Part shown: piece by piece, positions 54,043-61,518 of the stretch
Layout: every line of letters starts with the position of its first letter
How positions within the stretch are numbered: position 1 is the first letter of the stretch
Origin: Oscillospiraceae bacterium
GTDB lineage: Bacteria; Bacillota; Clostridia; Oscillospirales; Oscillospiraceae
Reading direction: 5' to 3'
Length of the DNA stretch: 61,717 bases
Assembly: GCA_017455015.1 (NCBI GenBank)
Contig: JAFTBW010000073.1
Location: forward strand, 1 to 61,717
Made by a program: the position numbers and the translations under genes
The notes under the pieces: generated by a model
Database searches by the model: none
The model's input: only the letters and a program-made list of their open reading frames with translations
What the model was told of the DNA's origin: nothing

Positions 54043-55023
54043 TCACGCGAATTTCAGCGTGGCGTAATTGCCGTACTTTTTGCCCTCGTCGTCGATGATG
54101 CCGTCCACCTTCGGCACCACGGAAAACATCACCGAGGAGGAGGCCATGAGGCCGCCGCCCTTGCCCAGGGTGTCGATGACCCGGCGGACCTCCGCCCGGA
54201 TGGTCTCCTCCGTGGCCCCTGGCACGTCCGTGACCTGGGCGTCCACGGCGCCGGCGAAAACCAGCCTGTCCCCGTAGGTCTCCTTCAGCATCTTCAGATC
54301 GTTCATGGGCTGGACGGAGTGCCAGGAGTCCACGCCGATCTCCACCAGATCTCCCACGATGGGGGTGATGTAGCCGCAGGAGTGGTGCATGTAGTGCATC
54401 CCCAGGTCGTGGGCGGCCTTGGCCATGCGCCGCTCCGGCTCCTTGTAGAACTGCCGCCACTGGTCCGGGGACAGGAACATGTTCTCCTGGTTGCCCCAGT
54501 CGTCGTGCATCATCACAAAGTCGATGTCCAGGTACTCCTTGAGCAGAGAGAACAGGTTGATGCGGTAGTCGGCGTAGGCGTCCACATAGGCCTGGTAGGC
54601 GTCCTCGTCGTCATAGGGGGCCATCAGGCCGTTGGCGTGGCCCATCATGGCGCAGATGCGCTCGAAAGCGCCCATGTTGCCCACATAGTAGCCCTGGAGC
54701 TGGTCCTTTTTGCTCCACATGGCCTTGGTGCGCTGCCGGGCCGCCTCCCAGTCCTTGTCCTTGAAGTCGGGGAATTTGATGTAATCCTCCCACTCCGTGA
54801 TGTCGTCGAACTTTTCCGCCCCCGGCTTCACGTGGGTCATCAGCTCCGGATGGGCCGGGTCCAGCTCCCACTCCAGGCCGAAGTGGTCCTTTCCGCTCAT
54901 GAACAGCGGACGGTCATTGACCTCCGGCGTGATGATCATCTGGGCCGCCGTGTTGATCATGGGCACCCATTCCGGCTGCTGGTGGTTCCAGCAGATCTCC
55001 ATGTTTTCCCGCTCTGTCAGCAT
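54043..55023 (-). CDS. Uroporphyrinogen-decarboxylase (URO-D) family protein, corrinoid-methyltransferase-like
   Basis: 326 aa with a TIM-barrel URO-D-like layout (MHDDWGNQ, HHSCGYITPIVGDLVEIGVDSWHSVQP). Genomic context with a RACo-like activase. Confidence 0.7.
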   Translation of the reverse strand: MLTERENMEICWNHQQPEWVPMINTAAQMIITPEVNDRPLFMSGKDHFGLEWELDPAHPELMTHVKPGAEKFDDITEWEDYIKFPDFKDKDWEAARQRTKAMWSKKDQLQGYYVGNMGAFERICAMMGHANGLMAPYDDEDAYQAYVDAYADYRINLFSLLKEYLDIDFVMMHDDWGNQENMFLSPDQWRQFYKEPERRMAKAAHDLGMHYMHHSCGYITPIVGDLVEIGVDSWHSVQPMNDLKMLKETYGDRLVFAGAVDAQVTDVPGATEETIRAEVRRVIDTLGKGGGLMASSSVMFSVVPKVDGIIDDEGKKYGNYATLKFA

Positions 55024-55117
55024 TGCTCCGTCCCCCGTTCCGTATCGTTTTCAGTTTGATTGATACGGAGAGTATAGCAGATACCGGCCGGCGGCGCCAG
55101 CAGTTTTTCCTTTCAAG

Positions 55118-55138
55118 CTTACAACCAACGGTTGTAAG
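55118..55138. promoter_or_regulatory. Perfect palindrome upstream of the URO-D-family gene (candidate operator)
   Basis: CTTACAACC-aac-GGTTGTAAG, 95-115 nt upstream of the ATG at 55023. Confidence 0.3.
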
Positions 55139-55141
55139 GCA

Positions 55142-55293
55142 GTGTCCAGAAATAAATGCCACAATGATTGCGCAGTATTTTTGGCCTGTGCCAAGGCGGA
55201 AAAGCGCAGGAATACTTTGTGTATTTCAAGCTTTGACAACGAAGGCACAGGCCAAAAAGACAAGCAAGAATGTGGCATTTGTTTTTGGACAGC
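55142..55293 (+). repeat. Family-1 repeat, copy F1 (strongly diverged arms, conserved core)
   Basis: The core GCAGGAATACTTTGTGTATTTCAAG is intact. The arms GTGTCCAGAAATAAATGCCACA.../...TGTGGCATTTGTTTTTGGACAGC are unlike the canonical arms but are mutually complementary. Confidence 0.8.
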
Positions 55294-55297
55294 GCCT

Positions 55298-55461
55298 AAG
55301 GAAACGCTGATTAAATCAACGTGTGCGATTGGCGAGCAAATTTTGTGTCCGCCAAGGCACAAAAACCGCAGGAATACTTTGTGTATTTCAAGGTTTTTGC
55401 AACGCAGGCGGGCGCAAAATTTGCCGCCAAACGTGCGCGGGGATTTATTCAGCGTTTCCCT
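55298..55461 (+). repeat. Family-1 repeat, copy F2 (canonical)
   Basis: Full-length copy, 4 nt downstream of F1. Confidence 0.9.
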
Positions 55462-55466
55462 AAGCG

Positions 55467-56354
55467 TCACTCCGCCTCGAAGCGCTCCCGGAGGCCGCTG
55501 ACGATCTCCGCCAGATCCTTGTCCGGGCTGCCGTCCCGGTAGAGCAGCACGGTGGAAAAGCGCAGGGGCGTGCCGGGGTAGGGAAAGCTCTTGATCCTGG
55601 CCTCCTCCATGTTTGTGAAGGCCAGGGGGAACACGGCAAAGCCCGCCGCCTGGCCCAGCAGCACCAGCATGGTCTCAAAGTTGCGGGCCTCGATCACCTT
55701 GCGGCAGGGGATATTCCGGTAGAAGCTGGCCTCGGCGGGTACGGTATAGTGGTCGTCGTCCATGCGCATTTTGATGAAGCACTCGCTTTTCAGGTCCTCG
55801 GCAGTGATACCGGACCGCATCGCCCAGGGGTGCAGCAGCGACACCACCACCCTGGCCTCGTAGGTGCCGAACACCAGCCGCCGGCAGCCCTCCCAGTCAT
55901 CCTCCTCGTGGGAGTTGGTCAGCAGCAGGTCCAGCTTGCCGTCCAGAAAGCGCCGCAGGCCGTCGGAGAGCTCCAGCATCTCCAGGCCGATCTGCCTGTC
56001 CGGAAAAGCGGAGAGCAGATAGGACACCAGCGGCAGCACCAGGTTTTCCCGGGGCAGCGCAGAGAAGATGCCCAGATTGAGCCGGTCTCTGCCGTTTTGG
56101 GCGTATGCCCGGATGTCGCCCACCGCGGCATCGAAATCCCGGACGACGGATTCCAGCTTTGTCCAGGCGTAACGCCCCAGGGGCGTCAGCGCCGCGCCCC
56201 GCCGGGTGCGGGTGAACAGTTCGCCGCCCAGCTCCCGCTCCAGGATGCCCATCTGCTTGGTCAGGGCCTGGGGGGACAGATACAGCTCCTGCGCGGCCAG
56301 GGAGAAGCTCTCCTTCTCCGCCGCCGTAAGAAAATATTTGATCCGCTGCAGCAT
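55467..56354 (-). CDS. LysR-family transcriptional regulator
   Basis: 295 aa. N-terminal wHTH FSLAAQELYLSPQALTKQMGILE followed by a LysR substrate-binding domain. Confidence 0.85.
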   Translation of the reverse strand: MLQRIKYFLTAAEKESFSLAAQELYLSPQALTKQMGILERELGGELFTRTRRGAALTPLGRYAWTKLESVVRDFDAAVGDIRAYAQNGRDRLNLGIFSALPRENLVLPLVSYLLSAFPDRQIGLEMLELSDGLRRFLDGKLDLLLTNSHEEDDWEGCRRLVFGTYEARVVVSLLHPWAMRSGITAEDLKSECFIKMRMDDDHYTVPAEASFYRNIPCRKVIEARNFETMLVLLGQAAGFAVFPLAFTNMEEARIKSFPYPGTPLRFSTVLLYRDGSPDKDLAEIVSGLRERFEAE

Positions 56355-56866
56355 AGGCTCTCCGCTTCACATAAATATGAATTTAAATCAACTCGTCAAA
56401 AACATCCCGGAGATGAATTTCCAGGTCTTCGTAAAGACTGCACCGGAAAGCGGTGACGGCCGCCTCCCGCTCCTCTCTCCCGCGTCCGCGGGCGGGTTTT
56501 CGTATGATATACTATATCATAAATAAAACTGCCTTTCAATAGGCGGGTAAGGAGTGACACTTTCCTATCTATTTCATGCTGTCCGCGGCAAGCTTTTGCT
56601 TTTTCCGATACCACATACGGTGCTACACTCTGATGTCCGTCTTTATCTCATCCATCTGACGCTTTATTTCTTTCTTTACATCATCCAGATATTCATATAC
56701 AACGCGAACAGCAGGTGCAAGCAGGTCAGTGGAAAAACTATCGCGCTCCATACAGTCGCATAGGGCATACAAAAAGCTTACGCCTCCTTCCAGCTTGAAA
56801 TACAACGTGGAAATGCTCAGCACCAAATCCAGATAGTGTCATATCAAGACACTCTTCAGTGAGTTC

Positions 56867-56895
56867 ATTATAGTGTATTATTGATTCACTGTCAA
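56867..56895 (-). promoter_or_regulatory. Orphan consensus sigma-A promoter divergent from the XRE gene
   Basis: On the minus strand: TTGACA, 17-nt spacer, TATAAT. The -35 box lies 20 nt from the XRE start codon. Only short ORFs lie downstream. Confidence 0.55.
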
Positions 56896-56914
56896 GACGC
56901 ATTTCAGGGAGAGG

Positions 56915-57136
56915 ATGCAGATGTTCGGCAAAAGATTGAACACGACGCGAAAAGAAAAGGGCTACAGCGCGCAGCAGATGGCAGATTTGCTCCATATCAG
57001 CATTCGCAACTATCGAAAATATGAAAGTGGCGACGTGAAACCGACGCTGGAGGGATTGGCCGCGATTGCGGATATTCTGGATGTGTCCGCGGATTATCTG
57101 CTGGAAAGGGATGCGTTTCTCTCAAGGAAGCGCTGA
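56915..57136 (+). CDS. XRE-family helix-turn-helix transcriptional regulator
   Basis: 71-73 aa; ATG 56921 has the better spacing to GGAGAGG. HTH YSAQQMADLLHISIRNYRKYESG. The last three codons and the stop lie in family-1 copy G. Confidence 0.8.
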   Translation: MQMFGKRLNTTRKEKGYSAQQMADLLHISIRNYRKYESGDVKPTLEGLAAIADILDVSADYLLERDAFLSRKR

Positions 57137-57286
57137 TAAAAGCAACGTGCGCGGTTGGCGAGCAAATTTTGTGTCCGCCAAGGCGCAAAAACCGCAGGAA
57201 TACTTTGTGTATTTCAAGGTTTTTGTAACGCAGGCGGACGCAAAATTTGCCGCCAAGCGTGCGCGGGGATTTATTCAGCGCTTCCT
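57124..57286 (+). repeat. Family-1 repeat, copy G
   Basis: AAGGAAGCGCTGA ... TCAGCGCTTCCT termini with the canonical core. Confidence 0.9.
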
Positions 57287-57325
57287 CAAAGAAAGGAAAA
57301 GGGTAATGTGGCTTCGCCCGTTTGG

Positions 57326-57359
57326 ATTGTCAACCAAATTTTCAATATCTGTTGACAAT
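57326..57359. promoter_or_regulatory. BirA operator (bioO-like) upstream of bioY
   Basis: ATTGTCAAC-(16-nt spacer)-GTTGACAAT closely resembles the E. coli bioO half-sites TTGTAAACC/GGTTTACAA. Lies 53 nt before the bioY ATG, with birA downstream. Confidence 0.75.
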
Positions 57360-57411
57360 TCATTTCCGGCGGATTACAATACTGCCATCTTGTTTTGAGG
57401 CGGCGATTTCT

Positions 57412-57975
57412 ATGCAACAAAAGCTTTCCATAAGGGACCTGGCGCTGATCTCCACAGGGGCGGCGCTTCTGGCGGTGTGCGCCTGGATCACCCTGCCCCT
57501 GCCCGCCCCGCTGGTCCCCTTTACCCTGCAAACCTTCGGCGTCTGCCTGTTAAGCGCCCTGCTGGGGACGCGGCGGGGCGTGAGCGCGGTGGCGGTGTAT
57601 CTGCTGCTGGGCGGCGTGGGCATTCCGGTGTTCTCCGGGTTCCGGGGCGGCGCGGAGGCGCTGCTGGGGACCACGGGGGGCTATCTCCTGGGCTTTTTGT
57701 TCACCGCGCTGATCGTGGGGCTGGCCGCAGACCGCTTTGGGCGGAGGCCGAAAACGCTGATCCCGGCCATGGTACTGGGTCTGGCGGTCTGCTACGCCTT
57801 CGGTACAGCGTGGTTTGTGACCGTGTATGCCCGCACCCGCGGACCCATCGGCGTGCTGGGGGCGCTTAGCATGTGCGTGTTCCCCTACCTGATCCCGGAC
57901 GCGCTGAAAATCGCCGTTGCGGTCATTCTGGCGGGGCGGCTGGAGAAATACGTCCGGGGAGGCATCGCCGCATGA
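57412..57975 (+). CDS. bioY: Biotin transporter S-component
   Basis: 187 aa starting MQQKLSIRDL. Hydrophobic, with BioY-like FTLQTFGVCL...GGYLLGF. Confidence 0.85.
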   Translation: MQQKLSIRDLALISTGAALLAVCAWITLPLPAPLVPFTLQTFGVCLLSALLGTRRGVSAVAVYLLLGGVGIPVFSGFRGGAEALLGTTGGYLLGFLFTALIVGLAADRFGRRPKTLIPAMVLGLAVCYAFGTAWFVTVYARTRGPIGVLGALSMCVFPYLIPDALKIAVAVILAGRLEKYVRGGIAA

Positions 57976-58997
57976 AAAAGGAAGAGGTCCTGGCCCTGCT
58001 GCTGGAGCGCTCAGGCAGCTTTGTCTCCGGGGCGGAGGTCGCCGAAAGCCTCTCCGTCAGCCGCTCCGCCGTGTGGAAGTGGGTGGAACAGCTTCGCGCC
58101 GAGGGCTACCCCATCGAGTCCGTGACCAACCGGGGCTACCGGCTGGACGGGGATAATGATTTGCTCAGCGCGCCGGGCATCCGCCGCCATCTGCGCCACG
58201 GAGAGGCGGACATCCGCGTCTTTGACAGCGTGGACTCCACCAACGCCGTGGCAAAGCGTTTGGCCTCCGAGGGCGCGGCCCACGGCACCGCGGTGGTCGC
58301 CGGGAGCCAGACCGCCGGACGGGGGCGGCTGGGCCGCAGTTTTTTTTCCCCAGCCGGCAGCGGGCTCTATCTCAGCGTAATCCTGCGCCCTGCCCTGCCC
58401 CCCACGGAGGCGACAGCCATCACCTGCTGCGCCGCGGTGGCGACGGCAAAGGCGGTGGAGGCCGTGACGGGAAGGGCGGCGGAAATCAAGTGGGTCAACG
58501 ACGTACTGCTGGACGGAAAAAAGGTCAGCGGCATCCTGACCGAGGCGGCCATGAGCCTGGAGACCGGCCTTGTGGACTATGTGGTGGCGGGCATCGGCGT
58601 CAACACCCGGCCCCCGGAGGGGGGCTTCCCGGCGGAGCTGCGGAACATTGCCGGAGCCCTTGGCGCGGAGCGTCTGCCGGAACTGCGCTGCCGCCTGGCG
58701 GCTGCCATCATTGACGGGCTGCTGGACGGCTGTGCGGACCTGAAAAGCGAGGCGCTGTTCGCGGAATACCGCCGCCGGAGCGCGGTGCTGGGGCAGGAGA
58801 TTCTCGTGCTGGCCCCGGGGCGGGAACCGCGGGAGGCGCTGGCGCTGGATCTCGGGCGGGATTACTCTCTGCTGGTGCGCTACCCCGACGGCAGCTCCGC
58901 CGCCCTGAGTTCCGGGGAGGTGAGCGTACGGCGCGCTTCGTTTTCTATCCTTCCCCCTCTGGGGGAAGGTGGCTGCGCCGCAGGCGCAGACGGATGA
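57972..58997 (+). CDS. birA: Bifunctional biotin--protein ligase / biotin-operon repressor
   Basis: 341 aa. The ATG overlaps the bioY stop. N-terminal wHTH and the GRGRLGRSF motif. The last ~17 aa and the stop are encoded by family-4 copy 4c. Confidence 0.9.
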   Translation: MKKEEVLALLLERSGSFVSGAEVAESLSVSRSAVWKWVEQLRAEGYPIESVTNRGYRLDGDNDLLSAPGIRRHLRHGEADIRVFDSVDSTNAVAKRLASEGAAHGTAVVAGSQTAGRGRLGRSFFSPAGSGLYLSVILRPALPPTEATAITCCAAVATAKAVEAVTGRAAEIKWVNDVLLDGKKVSGILTEAAMSLETGLVDYVVAGIGVNTRPPEGGFPAELRNIAGALGAERLPELRCRLAAAIIDGLLDGCADLKSEALFAEYRRRSAVLGQEILVLAPGREPREALALDLGRDYSLLVRYPDGSSAALSSGEVSVRRASFSILPPLGEGGCAAGADG

Positions 58998-59001
58998 GGG
59001 G
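58949..59001 (+). repeat. Family-4 repeat, copy 4c
   Basis: CCTTCCCCC-tct-GGGGGAAGG, TGGCTGCGCC-gc-aGGCGCAGAC, GGATGAGGGG. Confidence 0.7.
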
Positions 59002-59097
59002 CGGCGCGAAATGCATATACAATGGATGTTTCCCGGTGAAAAATGTGAACGATTCGATAAAAATGCAGAATTTGGGAAAAAAGTTTGATCCTTTCAG

Positions 59098-59127
59098 TTG
59101 ACAGGAGCCCGCTGCGGGTGCTAAATT
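59098..59127 (+). promoter_or_regulatory. Candidate promoter of ilvBN
   Basis: TTGACA, 18-nt spacer, TAAATT, about 100 nt upstream of the ilvB ATG. Confidence 0.4.
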
Positions 59128-59226
59128 ATATGGAATCACCATTGCGTGTGAGACAGCGAAACCACCGGTCCCCCCGGGCGGAACGGACAGAGCGCTGCGG
59201 GACCGAAAAGAGAGGAATCGACCGAC

Positions 59227-60936
59227 ATGAAGATGAAAGGCGCAGAGATCGTGATTCAATGTCTGCTGGAACAGGGCGTAGACACCGTGTTCGGCTACCC
59301 CGGCGGCAGCATTCTCAACGTTTATGACGCGCTGTACGGTTACAGCGACCGCATCCGCCACGTCCTGACCAGCCACGAGCAGGGGGCCGCCCACGCGGCG
59401 GACGGCTACGCCAGGGCAACCGGCAAGGTGGGCGTGTGCTTTGCCACCTCCGGCCCCGGCGCTACGAACCTGACCACGGGCATCGCCACCGCCTACATGG
59501 ACTCCTCCCCCATGGTCTGCATCACCTGCAACGTGAACGGGTCTCTGATGGGCAAGGACTCCTTTCAGGAGGTGGACATCACCGGCATCACTCTGCCCAT
59601 CACCAAGTGCAACTATCTGGTGAAAGACGTGAACACCCTGGCGGACATCCTCCGGGAGGCGTTCGTGCTGGCGCGGAAGGGCCGTCCCGGACCGGTGCTG
59701 GTGGACATTCAGAAGGACGTGACGGCCGCGGAGTGCGACTATGAGCCCATGCCGGTATCGGAGCACATCCACCACGGGCGGCTGGCGCGGCTGATGCAGC
59801 ACGCCCCCCACGACGTGGTGAACCCCACACCGAAAACCGAGGACCTGGACGCCCTGGCCGGGCTGCTGCGGGAGAGCAAAAAGCCCCTGCTCATCTGCGG
59901 CGGCGGCGTGGTGCGCTCCGGCGCTTCCGAACAGTTCCGCGCCCTGGCGCGGCGGATGGACGCCCCGGTGGCCATCACGGTCATGGGCGGAGGCGCGTTC
60001 TCCGGCCGGGACGAGCTGACCACTGGCATGATCGGGATGCACGGCTCCCAGGCCAGCAACCGGGCCTGCGAGGCCTGCGATCTGCTGCTGGCGGTGGGCT
60101 GCCGCTTCTCCGACCGTGTGGCCCTGGACCCCGCCACCTTTGCGGCCCAGACCAAGATCGCCCAGATCGACATCGACCCCGCAGAGATCGACAAGAACGT
60201 CAAGACCGACTGCCACATCATCGGCGACGCAGGCACGGTGCTTTCCGGCCTGCTGGTGCGCCTGGAGCAGATGGAGCATAAGGAGTGGAAGGACTACGTG
60301 TTCTCCTTCCCCACCGAGACGGAGTACGACGATAAACCGGGCGCGGTGCTGACGCCCAAGCAGGTGCTGACCGCCGCCTCGGAGCTGATGCCGGAGGACA
60401 CCATCGTGACCACGGACGTGGGCCAGCACCAGATGTGGGCCATCCAGCACTTCAAGTTCAGCTACCCGGGACAGCTCATCACCTCCGGCGGCTTCGGCAC
60501 CATGGGCTTCGGCCTGGGGGCAGCCATCGGGGCGCAGGTGGGAAAGCCGGACAAGCGGGTGCTGCACGTCACGGGCGACGGCTCCTTCCGCATGAACTGC
60601 AATGAGCTTGCTACCGAGCAGTTCTACGGCCTGCCGATCATCACGATCATCTTTGACAACCGCACCCTGGGTATGGTGCGCCAGTGGCAGCACCTGATTT
60701 ATCAGGAGCGCTACTCTCAGACCACCCTGGACCGGGGGCCGGATTTTGTTGCGCTGGCGAAGGCCTACGGCCTGAACGGCTTCCGGGCCACGTCGGAGGA
60801 GGAGCTGCGGCAGGCGCTGAAAGCCGCGCTGGCCTCGGACAGGGGCAGCGTGATCGACTGCGCCATCGACATGGACGAGATGGTGCGGCCCATGGTGGGC
60901 GGCGGAAGCCCCATCACCGATTTTATGCTGAGCTGA
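59227..60936 (+). CDS. ilvB: Acetolactate synthase large subunit (biosynthetic type)
   Basis: 569 aa. ThDP enzyme motifs GYPGGSIL and GDGSFRMNCNELAT. Confidence 0.95.
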   Translation: MKMKGAEIVIQCLLEQGVDTVFGYPGGSILNVYDALYGYSDRIRHVLTSHEQGAAHAADGYARATGKVGVCFATSGPGATNLTTGIATAYMDSSPMVCITCNVNGSLMGKDSFQEVDITGITLPITKCNYLVKDVNTLADILREAFVLARKGRPGPVLVDIQKDVTAAECDYEPMPVSEHIHHGRLARLMQHAPHDVVNPTPKTEDLDALAGLLRESKKPLLICGGGVVRSGASEQFRALARRMDAPVAITVMGGGAFSGRDELTTGMIGMHGSQASNRACEACDLLLAVGCRFSDRVALDPATFAAQTKIAQIDIDPAEIDKNVKTDCHIIGDAGTVLSGLLVRLEQMEHKEWKDYVFSFPTETEYDDKPGAVLTPKQVLTAASELMPEDTIVTTDVGQHQMWAIQHFKFSYPGQLITSGGFGTMGFGLGAAIGAQVGKPDKRVLHVTGDGSFRMNCNELATEQFYGLPIITIIFDNRTLGMVRQWQHLIYQERYSQTTLDRGPDFVALAKAYGLNGFRATSEEELRQALKAALASDRGSVIDCAIDMDEMVRPMVGGGSPITDFMLS

Positions 60937-60948
60937 GAGGAGCGGGCC

Positions 60949-61461
60949 ATGGAAGAAACGAAACGCTATACCGTCGCCGCCCTGGTCATCAATGAGGCGG
61001 GCGTTCTGAGCCAGGTGAGCCACCTGTTCTCCCGCAAGGGCTACAACATTGAGACGCTGGCCGTGGGCTGCACGGAGAACCCGGAGATCAGCCGCGTGAC
61101 CATTGAGGTCGTCACCGACGAGAGCCGCATCGTGCTGCTGTGCAACCAGCTCCGGAAGCTGATCCCCGTCTACTCCGTCAAGCTGCTGGAGCCCGGCAGC
61201 TCCATCCGGCGGGAGCTGGTGCTGATCAAGGTCAGCGCCCCCGACCGGGAAACGAGGGACGAGATCATTCAGATCGGCAACATTTTCCGGGCCAGCATCA
61301 TCGACATCACCCCCAGCACCCTGACCGTCTCCGTCATCGGGGACGAGACGAAGACCGCCGCGGTGGAAAACCTGCTGCGGGAGTTCGGGATTCTGGAGCT
61401 TGTCAGAACCGGCATCGTCGCCATCGAGCGCGGCGCCAATACGATAAAGGAAGCCCTTTAA
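60949..61461 (+). CDS. ilvN: Acetolactate synthase small (regulatory) subunit
   Basis: 170 aa. N-terminal ACT domain (VINEAGVLSQVSHLFSRKGYNIETL) and a C-terminal AHAS small-subunit domain. Confidence 0.9.
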   Translation: MEETKRYTVAALVINEAGVLSQVSHLFSRKGYNIETLAVGCTENPEISRVTIEVVTDESRIVLLCNQLRKLIPVYSVKLLEPGSSIRRELVLIKVSAPDRETRDEIIQIGNIFRASIIDITPSTLTVSVIGDETKTAAVENLLREFGILELVRTGIVAIERGANTIKEAL

Positions 61462-61518
61462 AGCCTTCCCCCTCCGGGGGAAGGTGTCGCGGCGCAATGC
61501 GCCGTGACGGATGAGGGG
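61459..61518 (+). repeat. Family-4 repeat, copy 4d
   Basis: Starts at the ilvN TAA: TAAAGCCTTCCCCC-tcc-GGGGGAAGG, TGTCGCGGCGC-aat-GCGCCGTGAC, GGATGAGGGG. Confidence 0.7.

Noticed and set aside
56554-56763. 69-aa plus-strand ORF (MTLSYLFHAVRGK...) in the low-GC islet
   Set aside because: It has a GTG start only 1 nt from the AAGGAG-like sequence and no promoter upstream on that strand. It is probably a chance ORF in AT-rich DNA.
59085-59327. 80-aa ORF / short peptide MESPLRVRQRNHR... as an ilvB leader peptide attenuator
   Set aside because: There is no run of Leu/Val/Ile codons, no terminator between it and ilvB, and the ORF overlaps the ilvB start in another frame.
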